Shown in pieces: positions 24,108-37,797 of a stretch of 64,000 bases of DNA. The DNA lies in assembly GCF_001194135.2 (NCBI RefSeq), contig NC_068984.1:67080733-67144732 (forward strand), read 5' to 3'. The stretch's first letter is position 1, and each line of letters opens with the position of its first letter. The position numbers were made by a program, and so were the translations under genes. This DNA comes from Octopus bimaculoides. Its lineage: Eukaryota. Under the pieces are notes generated by a model that saw only the letters and a program-made list of their open reading frames with translations, searched no databases and had not been told where the DNA came from.

Positions 24108-25975
24108 ATGTGTATGTGTCTGTGTGTGTGTATACATATATTACAACATATCTGCACACACACACATATATGTATATCAGCATACATACAGTTACATATG
24201 TATGTACATACACACGTATAGATATGTACGTTTTATAATTACATCTACTTATATACACATGTGCGAATATATGTTTGTATGCATTTATTGAATATATTCA
24301 AAACGAAATGAAACTTAAAATCAAAGTAATAGAAAAAATCAAGGTGATATGCCTATCATAGAGATTATACCCATTTATCAGATACCTGCGTATTGGGAAC
24401 AACTGCATTGTGTGCACAACCACTGTTTCTATGACGATTTCAGACTGGCTGAGGAGCCTGGGTCGGCGTGCCTTGAGTATGTGGCATTGACAAACCACAA
24501 AAATAATGAAATGTCGCAACCGCTTCCTTCTGCAACAATATTGTTTTTTTTTTTCTTGCACTGAAGAATTTTTTTAATACAGTAAAACTATATAGGGACC
24601 CGAAGCGACCACTGCAGTCTCTGACTTTTCAGCGATATACATATGTTAAACATGCCTTATTTTTAAAGATTTTAAACAAGAGTTATTTCTATTGCATAAT
24701 CTGAATATTTCTAATAATACCACTGGATTACAACCATGGTAAGAAACCGGTTTTAAATATTTCAGACAATAAATTTGACCACTAATGCTTTTCAGTTTGG
24801 TACAGTATGGTTCTCGATCGGAAGAAAATTAGTTCACATTTGTCATGAAGTGATACAACCAGATACATTTTCCCTCCCCAATCTCTCTCTCCATGTGTAT
24901 GTAACACACACCCTTATCTCCCCACTCTTTCTCCATACGTACGTATGTATGTATGCATGTATGTAAGTATGTTTGCACAGAAATTAAGTCGTGTGTTTTA
25001 ACGGAGTTGAGTTTCTTAGTCAAAGTCGCAGTGTAGGTTTGATAATAGTTCGCATTTAACCAGTTTCTCAAGAAATTTCCAGTAATTGCAGCGTACGAAG
25101 TAATTTCTTTCTCTTTCATTGATAATTAAGAAGAAATATATATATTTCGGGCACACATGATTAAACTTATATTTACTCTCAATGAATTACGTAATATAGA
25201 ATATATAAAATATAACAGAGAACAAATATATATTGCATCTTGCCAAAGACACATCCATAACCATTGTCAATGATAAGTGTGAAATAAATGTAATAATAAG
25301 AGTTTGTAGTATCTAATTTTATTTTGGCTAGAAGGCGGGAGAGGGAGCACTAGTTGATTATCTTATCAAGAACGATCTTCCTTAACCTGCTTCCATAATA
25401 AGGCAGCCATAGGAAGATAACCTAAAGATCTAATTTCCACGTGGAAATTCTGCTGATTTATCACACAACACAGTATCACGACCATAAATCTTACTGCCCT
25501 ACGAATTTCCGTACAAATATATTCTGTTGATACCGTCTCCTACGGTGTGGCTTTGAAGTTTACTATCGGAACGACTTTACTTTTAAAACTAACTTCACTG
25601 AAAATGCTGTAATAAAAGTAATTAGAAATAACATGATAATATTTCGGCGTCTTTGATGTAGAGTGAGAGACACTGCCTAGATTATTATGTATCTAATCGA
25701 TTTCTATACAGTATACAGTCATCCAAAGAGATAGGATGATAGAAATTATTTAACTGTTTATTGATAAGCTTTTTCCTGATGTAGGCGAAAATATAGTAGA
25801 GGGATTATATCTGTATGGGTATGTATGTGTGCGTGTGTGTGTGTGTGTACATGTGTGTATATGTATAGATACATATACATAAATATATAAATCTATATAT
25901 ATATTCACACACATAATATGTATATGCATACAGTTCTATATATGCATATATATATGCCTCTCTCCCTCCTTTTCT

Positions 25976-25978
<3 letters not shown>

Positions 25979-26050
<72 letters not shown>
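25979..26050. repeat. (TA)n microsatellite
   Basis: Seen directly. Confidence 0.97.
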
Positions 26051-26054
<4 letters not shown>

Positions 26055-26369
26055 TGTGTGTGTGTGCGTGTGTTTGTGTATATGTGTATGTATGGATATA
26101 TACACACACACATCAAAGTATATATGCAATGTGTATATGCCTAGATATATGTAGGTGTATATATGAATATACATGTATGAAAATGCTTGTTAATAAATAC
26201 TTATGTATGTATATGTCAGAATGCGTATATATATATATATATGCATATATGTATTTATATACACATACACACATATTTACTCACACATACACACACGTTT
26301 AAGACGTCGCAAGCATGTGTGCTCGAGTAGATATACTGCACACAAATTCTTATATAAGTGGCAACACGA

Positions 26370-26428
<59 letters not shown>

Positions 26429-26448
26429 NNNNNNNNNNNNNNNNNNNN

Positions 26449-26490
<42 letters not shown>

Positions 26491-27153
26491 CGAAATTATT
26501 TTCTTTTCGAGTATCTGCCAATATGATGTCACAATATCATTGAAATAACTTCAACAAGAGAAGACTACCTATAATCTTCCGAATGTCACTTGTTATCCAT
26601 CCAATTTAAAACTCACGGTCGTCATTTTAAGAAGGTATCTCCTCAGAGGTATTCGAGTGGATATAATAAATCTATCAAAGCAAATGCAATATTTCAACTA
26701 GATATAAAAGGTTATTGGTTGATCAAAACAGAAATTTTCTCTATCTTGAGGTGATATTGCTATTTCGAGATCCAAATGACATTTTCTTTTTACACTTTCG
26801 TATTTCTTTCCTACCTGTTTTCAAATCGTTCTTTCCTCGTTAAATATGTTGTTGTTGTTGTTGCTGTTCGCTAGCTCTTGGTCAGCCCTTAACTGGAGAA
26901 ACCTATGACTGAAGGTGTTGAAGCCGTGACCGTATCATCTATGTTTTTTCGTATATATTTAGACCACATCACACAATTCTAAAGGCAACTCGAATGTACA
27001 TACACAAACAACCCCCCACATACATATATATGGCAACATTTCAAAGTTAGTTTAAGAATAACAACTAAAGTGTGATACCATGCATGTTATATCTGAATAT
27101 TATATAGATAGACACTACATAACGTCCTTTATATTCAAACATAAAACTGTTTT

Positions 27154-27226
<73 letters not shown>

Positions 27227-27399
27227 GTTTCTTTGATGTACTGGTGTGAAATAAAAATTATGTCCTTCTCGAAGGGATCTAAGTTCAGAAAATGTGATGA
27301 AAATATATATTACAATACATTTAGATTGATGCAAACTGTTTCTGTTTCTTCTTAAAAACAATAACCATTTTGTTCTATTTTGTTTTGCAGAATAATTGA

Positions 27400-28543
27400 C
27401 TAATGAAAATTTTGACTCCCTCCTCCCGCCTATCGAGTGCGCCTTTGAATCCGAGCCAGAACGACAAACAAGGAGATTTCAGACTACCCCAACGTCAGCA
27501 GAGAGATGGTGGAAATGGTCACAAAGGAGCTAGAAGATTCAAGATTCGACTGGAAATCGACAGCAAAGAGTAAAACCCATGAACAACGATCTGACGCCGG
27601 AATTCATCGAGGAAATCCAGAAGATCATCAACAATGACCCCAGCAGGTCGATGCGTGCCATTTCAAAACAGAAAGGATTGAATGAAAAGCTCATCAGAAT
27701 AGTGGTGTGTGAGAATATTTGCTACTTTTCACATAAGATGAGGAAGGAACAATTTCTGTCCAAGATAATGCAGGAAATGCGACTCGAGCACACCAAGAAG
27801 CTGATCAATAAGTTGAAACACCCGGTGGAGCCAGACATGCTGTGGATCTTCTCCGATGAAAAGAATTTCTTCCAAGACCAGAAGATCAACTTCCAGAACA
27901 AAAGGTGGTTCGCTGTCTCACCCACGGACGTGCTAGAGTCAAGCAGACGAAATTTCCATCGACATTCATGGCTTTCGGTGTCGTCGGCAGTAAAAATGAT
28001 GTCTGGTCACCCCACTTCTTCCTTGAGAATCTGTGACTGAACATCACGTTCTGAGTGAGATAATGAAAACAATAATTGACCGGGTAACCTCAGGGAAGCC
28101 CAACGTGTGGCAGCATGATTCTGCGCCCTACCACATCAGCCAGCAGAGACAGACCTAGCTGTCGGAGAATTTCTTCGATCACACAGCACCTGACATTTGA
28201 CCCCTCAACTCGTCTGACTGCAAAAACTCTCGACTTCTTTGTGTGGATCGTGGTGGAAGGAGAGACCAACAAATCTAGCTGCAACACGAAGGACGAGCTG
28301 AGAGCCAGGATAATCAGGGCATTCAGGGGCCTAAAATGGGAGATAGTGTCGAAGGCTTGTGAACGGTCCCAAGGTCGCTTGGAGACTGTCATCGAGGCCA
28401 AAGGTAGTTTCATCGAGTGAGGTCGACAGAACATGTCACGAATCTGACACAAATTCGACGAATATATCTAAAATAGTAAAAACAATTTTATTTTTCCCTG
28501 AGACAATCATCATGCGAACGAAAGCCGTCCACACTCTGTCTAT
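27400..28543 (+). mobile_element. maT-type (DD37D) Tc1/mariner transposon remnant with a disrupted transposase
   Basis: ORF 27579-28040 includes PSRSMRAISK and WIFSDEKNF. Downstream WQHDSAPYH...SSDCKTLDFFVW has exactly 37 codons between the second and third D, with two stops at likely Trp positions. The 3' end CCGTCCACACTCTGT (~28526-28540) resembles a CAGAGTGTG TIR. Confidence 0.85.
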
Positions 28544-28799
28544 TTAATCGGCTAAAATGATCTTTAAGCGCAACATACTTATGAGTTCATAAGTATACGT
28601 GAGGTTCATGTTTTTCTATTAAGCATACACACATACACTCATGTACACAAAAAAACACAAACACATGTACATATATACACATATAGTGCATACTGGAAAA
28701 TATATTTCAATATATTTCAATTTCTTACCATCAAAAACACAGGTATTTACGATATTTAACAGGTTTATTCCTTACTCAGGACCTAAGATAGAAGTGTGA

Positions 28800-28970
28800 A
28801 TGGATTTAGCCAATTAAAATCGATCCTAGTATTTCACTGGCAATATATTGTATTAATCCCAGAGGAATGAAAGGAATGCTGTTCTCGGTAGAAATTGAAC
28901 TCAGAGCATAAACAATCCGAACAAATACTGAAAAACATTTGTCCTATGCTTTAACAACTTCACCAATTTA
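28800..28970 (-). mobile_element. Highly degenerate SINE family A copy
   Basis: GGAATGAAAGG..CTCGGTAGAAATTGAACTCAGAGCATAAA matches the family minus-strand pattern. Confidence 0.6.
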
Positions 28971-30773
28971 CTAAAAACAGTTTTATGTTTGAACGGGTTC
29001 AAATATAAAGGACGTTATGTAGTATCTATCTATATAATATTCAAATATAACATGCATGGCATCACACTCCATTACGTTTCGTTTCTTGATAAACTATAAC
29101 TTTTATCATGTTAGATAAGCAGGTATTTGTCATGATTTGCTGCAAATAGCGACGCTTATTGAAATATAATGTTACGGAAAATGAAAATCTACAAATTTGT
29201 AATCTATTTTCTGATGAAATATAAGATAATTTATAGCTCGAATTAAAATCTAAGTTGTGTCCTTCTGCGAAATCCGGATATGAATTATATATACGCAGAT
29301 GGTTTATCATAAGAATAAAACTGTCCACACAAGTTGAAATTCCCGGTCAAGTATATATTAAAACAAAGACTGGAATTAATGGTATTATTTTTAATAGTGT
29401 GGCCATAATTGTTTCAGTAGATGGGAAATACATTTTATGAACATGAACATTAATATTAATGTTAATTTCATGAATTCAAAATTTAAACACACACACACAC
29501 ATTAAAAATATAAGGTCAGAGTTGTAAAATATGTAATGTTTTCTAAGAATATAAAAATATAAAAAAAAACAATCAAAGAATATTAGAAATACTTCTCTTG
29601 TGTATATTTCGTATCAAAATAATAGAGGTAGAAGATAGATACTCTATTAAGACTGCTGACTTGCAATATTTTAGCAAGTATTTACCAAGTATTTCTATAG
29701 CTTTCAAAGATCAGATTTTCCTTATTGTAAACAATCGGATTTTGATGTCTTCCACGAATTCAATAAAAAATTCTATCTCTATTATAAACATCTAATGTAT
29801 ATATATACTTATATACATACACACACTTAAGACTGTGTATAAGCTGATACATTACATATACTAATGTAGACATGTACACACACACATAAACTATCGTGCT
29901 CATTTCAGCGGAAACTGTCCAAAAATCAATATTTTAAATCTAAAAGTACTAAGTATTAATTGTGCGTGCGTATGTGTGCGTATGTCACTGTATATGCATG
30001 TATGTGTGTGTGTGTGTGTGTGTATGCGTGCCTCTGTGAGTGTCTGTGTTTGTTTGTGTGTACACTTGTGTCTGTTCGTGCGTGCGTCTGAGACGCTGGG
30101 TCTGGGTATTGGGTGAGGGGACGGATTGAATCTATTCTCACTTGTGTATCAAGAATACTTTTTCTCCAATATAAGAAATGATAGATATTCGCCTAGAAGC
30201 TGAGAACATAAAAACAAAATACACACGCTGTTGTGTAGTGAGGCGTGTCAATGACTGGATCGTGCAAAGACCAAGCAAAGTGAAACTGATCGTATTTAGA
30301 ATTATTGATGGTGGTGCTATTTTTATTTGACAATAAAATTCAGTTATTCTCTTCCCGATTCTCTGAAAGTCTCTTTATTACAATTGTAAAGGCGTTTATG
30401 CTCTAGTCTGAAAACTTCAGTAATATCTGTTCGCTCTGAAAGGTTTAATTTTTTTTATATTAAGGTTTCTTATACACATTTACACTACTATTTTCAAAGC
30501 AACGCTTTTTAATGGCGTCAGAGTATGTGATGTATGTATGTATAAATCTATGTAAGGATATGTATGTACATATGTATGGACTATGGATGCCTACGTACTT
30601 ATGTATATATGTACATTTCTATGTATGTTATTATATATATGTCTATGTATGTACATATATATATTTCTATGTATGTACATATATATATATACGAACAAAT
30701 ATCTCTCGGCACACAAGTAAGTACGATGTATTCAAACACATACACACGCACATAATATATTTTCTTGCAGAAG

Positions 30774-30805
<32 letters not shown>

Positions 30806-30895
30806 TGCATGTAAATACCTATGAGTATGTATATATATATATATACATATATTTATGTATATATGTATATGCTTTATGCTTGCATGGATGTATGC

Positions 30896-30948
<53 letters not shown>

Positions 30949-31379
30949 CACCTAAAGATTCGTCACTTTGGTCTCCAGCAGTGTGATGTTTTATCAGGTA
31001 ATATATCCTGAGATGATGATTTTCTAGGTGGTAGCCCCTGGGTGGTAATTTTTCAGGTACGCTGCGAGTGCGGTCAAGTTACTGACATACTGATACCCTC
31101 ACCCCACCACCATTACACTACCACCGATGCAAACACCAACACTAACCCATCATAGCCACCACCAAATATAACAGCATCATTGCCTTATTATCTGTTACTA
31201 ATGAACTCCACTAACAACCCCATCACTAAAACTACCACAATCGCCCTGGTACAACTGATATATGCTGGAGGTATTAGGCATATAGGGTGTGTAAATACAT
31301 ACCTACATACATAGAAATCCCCACATCTACTGACCGACGCTTTGTCTATCAATGTGCTGAGAGGAATTCTTTGAGGTTT

Positions 31380-31699
31380 GGATAATTCACCACTAGAAAC
31401 TTGGATGTTTCGTCCAACATCCTTAAAGAACCTTCATTCAGGGACCTTTTGAGCGGAATGGGCTACTTGACATGAAGAAAATTCTGATTCGGCCCCTCTT
31501 GCAAGGTCATGTGCTGTTTATCTTGATATGAGGTCACCATATTATGCACATATGTTTGCGATGCATGTGCCTGGTGTACCTTTATCAGACGGGTAGTCAT
31601 GATGGGTATACTGGGCTTCGTATATTTTGCCCCAGTGTCACTTTGATGGCATGCCCTGCTCTCTCACTCAATAATAATAATGATAATAATAATAATAAT
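31380..31699 (+). mobile_element. Probable retroposon 3' fragment ending in an (AAT)n tail
   Basis: About 290 bp of GC-richer sequence ending abruptly in (AAT)n at 31670-31699; no ORF. Confidence 0.4.
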
Positions 31700-31925
31700 C
31701 CTTTCTACAATTGGCACAAGGCCTGAAATTTATGGATGAGAAGGCTAATCGATTACATCGATTCCAGTACTTGACCGATACTTATCTAATTGATTCCGGA
31801 AAGCAAAAAATGAAATTCAAAGGCAAAGTCAACATCGGTGAAACTTGAACTCAGAATATAAAGAAGGACGAAATGTTGGTGAGAATTTAACCCTAACCCT
31901 AACGATTCTACCAGCACACGGCCTT
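31700..31925 (-). mobile_element. SINE family A
   Basis: CCTTTCTAC..CACAAGGCCTGAAATTT..AAAGGCAAAGTCAACATCGGTGAAACTTGAACTCAGAA. Confidence 0.85.
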
Positions 31926-31940
31926 TTATAATTAATAATA

Positions 31941-31981
<41 letters not shown>

Positions 31982-31982
31982 A
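31941..31982. repeat. (GAT)n microsatellite
   Basis: Seen directly. Confidence 0.95.
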
Positions 31983-33185
31983 ACAGTGTACAAATCCTGA
32001 AATAGAAAGTGAGAGAGAAATAAATTTTAATAACTTCCGATGTTTTAAACATGAAAAATATGAATTTCGAGATAAATTAAATTCTATAAATGTCTTTTAC
32101 ATTATTGTAGAAAGACTGGTAATATTAATAAATATCCTCAAATGTATTTTAAATTATTCAGTTTGGAAAGGTGGAGAGTCAATATGTCATGGTGTTTGTA
32201 AGCAACGAGTTATTGATGAGATGTTATCGTACCATCTTCTTCTGATATTCCTTCCAATAATAGTTGATAACATAGTTATTTGCACTCTGAGTGTACCATT
32301 TGCAAGTCAGTGTGTTCAGTTGCCAATAACATTTGCCGATCCGTCAGCTGTTTAAACATTTTCAAAAGACTGAGATGACGTTAGGCCAACTCAGCTACCA
32401 TGATATAATGCCTCATAATTTTATACCGATATTGTCAGTGGTTTTGATGTATTTGAATGATTTTGGCTAAAATATGGCGAATTCTTCCATGAAATGCTTG
32501 TTGGTAACATGACAAAAATCCTCTGATGTGATGCATTATTTGATTTGGAGAGTGAAAACGAGAGAAGTAAATCACTTGACCGCAATGAATCACTTGATTT
32601 CTAATAAAACAGACATATAGTGTTACTGAAAGTGAATATTGATATGGGAGAATGTTGTACTTCACTTCACATAAAACGGAGTTTGATAATAGTGTGTTTT
32701 TAGTTATAAGAATATTTATCCGTTCGCCTCTCGCAGAGTATTAACAGTAAGATTGTTATGCATTTAATACTTAAGTTCTGAATTCAACAATAAAGAATAA
32801 AACATTGCATCAAATTGCTTTGATGATGAGATAATAATCAAATAAATCTCATATTTTAGTACAAGTTGGAATAAGAAATGTTAGTGAAATGAATACATGT
32901 TCACAAATATATATTTCCATCGTAGGTCACAAATTATTTAAGTTAGTTGTCACCTCTATCGGAACTTTGTCTATTTATTGACTGCTAAATTACATTTTCG
33001 CCAATACGACTTCCAATTTATCACCCTAAAGTTGCACAACTATCATTCAGATATCCTTTGCAAAACAGGAAATTTGTTTATTATAAACATTTCAAAGTCA
33101 TTAACCGTCACAATGATAAATTACAACTTATATTATTATATATTATTACATTGAAATATTATATTATTCATTACAAATTATAACT

Positions 33186-33407
33186 AAGGTAGCCACCTGG
33201 CAGAACCATTAGCACGCCGTTCAAAATGCGAAGCGGCATTTCATCTGCCTATACCCTCTGAGGTCAAATTTTTCATAGGTCGACTCTGCCTTATATCCTT
33301 TCGGAGTCGATAAAATAAGTACCTGTTGCGCACTGGGGTCAAAGTAATCAATTTATCCTTCTCCCACAAAATTTCAGGCTTTGTGCCTACAATAGAAAGG
33401 ATTATTA
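33186..33407 (+). mobile_element. SINE family A
   Basis: CTGGCAGAACCATTAGCACGCC head, GGTCGACTCTGCC, CACTGGGGTC, AAAATTTCAGGCTTTGTGCC and an ATTATTA tail. Confidence 0.88.
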
Positions 33408-35604
33408 ATTATAATTACTATATGTTGTTTTTTCGAAGACTGGGTCCTTGGATGGGATTATGTCACGTTTATGAAAGCCACATCTAAAAGATTCTTCAAA
33501 AATTAAGGTGATGATCGAAGATTAAAAAGGAAACAAAGTATCAGTTTCTGCTCGAATCTGAAGGAAGCAATTTCAACAAGAAATATAAATTGTCTCAGTT
33601 TATCATTATCTGTATTATGTGAAATATAAATGAAACCAATTTGGAACCGAAACTCAGTGACTGTGCGGCTACTAAACCATGACTATTATAACGGTCATTG
33701 CGAAATATGTAGACTGTATTCCTCGATACTTCGCCTGCACAATATCATGTACATAGTAATTATTTGTTCATGTAACTTTGATCTATTTTTTTCTGGATTT
33801 TACAGGTGGGTTGAGAGACATAGCGTCTGTAAATATTTACTTCTAACTGGAAAACAGCAGAGAAGAAATGACTCGTATTTCTGACTAAACGATTAAATTT
33901 TAAACATGCTTCAAAAGTGAAGTACTCAGACGAAAATGGAAGCAGTTCATGGAATTGCCTTTAAAGTGACATGATTCCAACAAATCACGCAAGTCATAAT
34001 CTCCTTCCTGTGTCTTTCAGAAATTTTAGATTTCGATCAAAAAGCCAGACGCAAGGAAGATTGTGCAGTAACATCTAACATTAAAGAGACGTATAAAGCA
34101 ATGAATTAAGTTTGTTACTTAAAATGTCTCCTAAATGTCACTTAAAAGGCGTAATTATATGAATATATACGTACACACTCACACATATAATATAATACAT
34201 AAATACACACATGCTCCTCTTCATAATTATTACCCCCTGCACGAAGTTATAAAAATCATGCTAAGCAACAATAACTTTTCATCTCATTGCAAAACATGAA
34301 ACAAGTCGTCACTAGCATTAGTTAATAATTAGTTCGTCCATCACATTTTATGTTCTATGATTTCTTCCTCAAGAAATTCAATGGAACCAATTACAAGGTT
34401 TTAGGACTTTATAAGGATTTCTCTATAAATGTGATTATCACCTTCATTAACCCTTTTGATTCTTCATGCTAGCGAGGGCGCTAAGGCAGGTTACCTTGTT
34501 AAAAACAGAGACTAACTCTGCCTCAAATGACATCCTATCCTTTAAGAAAAGAGCTCATTCGATAATATGATGTTGATTACTTTGTACGTTTTGTTATATC
34601 TTGTTATATAAGCATGATAATTATAGCAGTTATAGGGCTAACAGCAGGGTCTCTTTATTTGCTTCTGATATAATTGTCTCTTTAAATGTGAATGTATGTT
34701 TTCAATTAAATTCTGATTTGATGAACGAGGAAGCTAATCCACGATCCCAGAAGGCTGCCAACCATATGAAAATAAAACAACCTACTTAATTCGTGAACTT
34801 AGAATTGGATTATTATCATTCTGCAAACTAATCCGGTCTTTTTGAACATTTAATTATGTTTCTGTCTGTTAAATATTTCTTATACATTAACAGAGTTTGT
34901 TTCAATGCTATCTTGAATACAGATTACATCTATAGATTTATTTTAACCGAAACAATATGAACCGACGAATGTAATCAAGTTGTCTTTATATCTAATATCT
35001 TCGTGGGTAAGACAAATTGGGATGAACTGCAGCAGTCTCAGTCTTGTTGGAATTTCATAAATGTTTGAGTTCTCTCTTTAACTAACTCTGGCAGACACAA
35101 CTCATAAAGCTGCTACTACTAAATTTTAAGGAAACCAAATAGACTTCTTTGCAAAATAAATGATTTTTAAAAATTAGGCACGCACGCTCTCTCTCACAGG
35201 CACATGTAAACTCACTCATGCAAACGCACTCACAAACACACATACTCGCATACACTCACAAATCCCCACACATAAACATGCATATGCTCACACACTCACA
35301 AACACACATATACTCACACACACACACTCACAGACATACATAGGTGAAGGCTACAGTCATTTTAATCCATCCCGCTTATGAATTGGTCCTTATGATATCG
35401 ATCCAAGAAGCTTCAGTGTTATTTGGATTCAAAAGGATATATATAAATGTCGTGCGGAAATGTATCCGGTATTTTAGAAAAGCTGTCACAGAAATAAAAG
35501 TGACAGGAAATCAAAGGAAGTGGTTACAGGTAAAAAAGCTTGACTGTCATAAGAAAACTTCAATAAATGATTGTTTTAATATCTTTTATTTCATTTAGTA
35601 TATT

Positions 35605-35678
35605 CTCAGAACGTTAAGACAGACGAAATACCGCTAAGCATTTCGCCCGGCGTGCTAATGTTTCTGCCAGATCACCGT
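35605..35678 (-). mobile_element. SINE family A 5' fragment
   Basis: CTCAGAACGTTAAGACAGACGAAATACCGCTAAGCATTTCGCCCGGCGTGCTAATGTTTCTGCCAG. Confidence 0.85.
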
Positions 35679-35803
35679 ATTGTTTCATTTAGGATATTGA
35701 ATAAAACGTGATTCTTTTCTTTCGCATATGTGTAATACTATAAATTATGTTAACATTGTGTACAAGTCATATTTACTTAGGTAATAACTAACTTAAAATA
35801 TTT

Positions 35804-36009
35804 CTTTCTACTATAGGCTGAAGGCTCTAAAATTTTGAGGAACAGGGCTAGTCGATTATATCGATTCCAATGTTCAACTGGTACTTATTTTATCGGCCCC
35901 GAAGGGATGAAAGGCAAAGTCAGCTTCTGAACTCAGAACGTAAAGAGCCGGAAGAAATGTTGCTATGCATTTCTTCACACGCACCAACGATAATGTCAGT
36001 GCGCAACCT
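35804..36009 (-). mobile_element. SINE family A
   Basis: Full-length match to the family motifs, with a small internal deletion. Confidence 0.85.
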
Positions 36010-36045
36010 TAATAAATTAAAATATTAAGTTTAATTTCTTTATAT

Positions 36046-36212
36046 TCTTTTCTACTGGAGGCACACGATTAGATCGACCCCAATACACAACTGGTACTTA
36101 ATTTATCTACCCCCAAAAGATTAAAGGCAAAGTCGACCTCGGCAGAATTTGAACGCAGACGAAATACCAAAATTTCGCCCGGCGTGCTAACGATTCTGCC
36201 AGTGCGCTGCCC
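36046..36212 (-). mobile_element. SINE family A (internally deleted)
   Basis: AAAGGCAAAGTCGACCTCGGCAGAATTTGAAC..TTTCGCCCGGCGTGCTAACGATTCTGCCAG. Confidence 0.85.
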
Positions 36213-37402
36213 TTTAATTTCTTTATATTACTAAAAAACTGTGAAACACTTTTTAGACCTTTTTCCAAGTAAAAATTTTAACTGTTTATATATGATTTAT
36301 TTTCCAAGTAAGCTTATTTCCACTCACCAATCTTCTACCTTAAAATGAAATTAAATATTAAGTTGCTATTTTCGCAACTTTTATCTCGCTTTTATAATGT
36401 TTTAAACTACATTTCAACAACGAAGCCTTCAGTAGGTCAGTGACAAAAAGCAAAAAGTAATAGCATAATTTTGTTCTATGCACGTCAGCCTTTTATATTT
36501 TTCTTACTGGTTACTTTCTTATATTTCAAAATTACTGACTCCACATTTAAGCTTCAGCGTTTGAAAAATTGAATTTTTCATAATTCTCTTATAAAGCAGT
36601 ATGATTTCTAAAACAAATTAAGCAATAGTTTTCTGTATTTTTATCATAATTTTGAACTTCAAAGCAATTATTTTTAACTTGTGAAGTGCGCCAGTAAATC
36701 ATTTGTTTGAACTTTGTGTTGCAAAGTCTAAAAGCTAGAGAACTTCTTGGATATAAACTGTTTATCATCTATGATAAACAGAAATGTAGAAATACATATT
36801 CGAGACTTGAAAAATAAGAACTGAAACGAAACACCCAATGTGTGAGTTTGTTAGGATAGGGCACGCATACATTCACCCCTTTATATAATTTAGAATACTA
36901 TTTGTTTTGAGTCTGAGAGATTGTCCGATAGTACATAGCAAGCTATTAAAGCTCACCCGACTACAGTAATATCGTAAGCTTGAAAATTATGGTAGTTCAA
37001 TATTAAATCCATTTTATAATAACTGATACTCATATCTCGCTGGATGTAATGCTTTTTGTATTGATCCCACTAATTAGTGGAGCTGTACACAATACACACA
37101 CATTTATATACACCTATACATATATATATACCTACGTATACATATATTCATACATATATATTTATATACATATACATACATAGATATACATATACAAACG
37201 CAGGCACAGGCATAATACAAATACGTATAGGTTAGATATATACTATGTTGGTAAATGTTTGAAATTTCTCCGATGAAATTTATGCACGTTGAATATTAGG
37301 ATATGAAATTGAAAATTTAGATAATGACGTTGATAGTGTGGAAACCATTATTCCAAAGAGCAATGAAGTGTTCATAACTTATAAACACTGATGTAAGGAT
37401 GT

Positions 37403-37449
<47 letters not shown>

Positions 37450-37736
37450 NNNNNNNNNNNNNNNNNNNNNNNNNNNNNNNNNNNNNNNNNNNNNNNNNNN
37501 NNNNNNNNNNNNNNNNNNNNNNNNNNNNNNNNNNNNNNNNNNNNNNNNNNNNNNNNNNNNNNNNNNNNNNNNNNNNNNNNNNNNNNNNNNNNNNNNNNNN
37601 NNNNNNNNNNNNNNNNNNNNNNNNNNNNNNNNNNNNNNNNNNNNNNNNNNNNNNNNNNNNNNNNNNNNNNNNNNNNNNNNNNNNNNNNNNNNNNNNNNNN
37701 NNNNNNNNNNNNNNNNNNNNNNNNNNNNNNNNNNNN

Positions 37737-37797
<61 letters not shown>

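Noticed and set aside
24384-24480. TISDWLRSLG resembling a SAM-domain start
   Set aside because: The frame closes after a few codons, with no proper donor and no further SAM residues
33800-33884. Strong acceptor ttctggattttacag at 33805 (similar isolated acceptors at 12852, 47783, 48714 and 51541)
   Set aside because: No matching strong donor or recognisable peptide; isolated polypyrimidine-AG matches are common in AT-rich DNA
37397-37766. Gaps recurrently flanked by (TA)n, suggesting hidden targeted insertions
   Set aside because: More simply explained by short-read dropout and assembly breaks at long TA tracts
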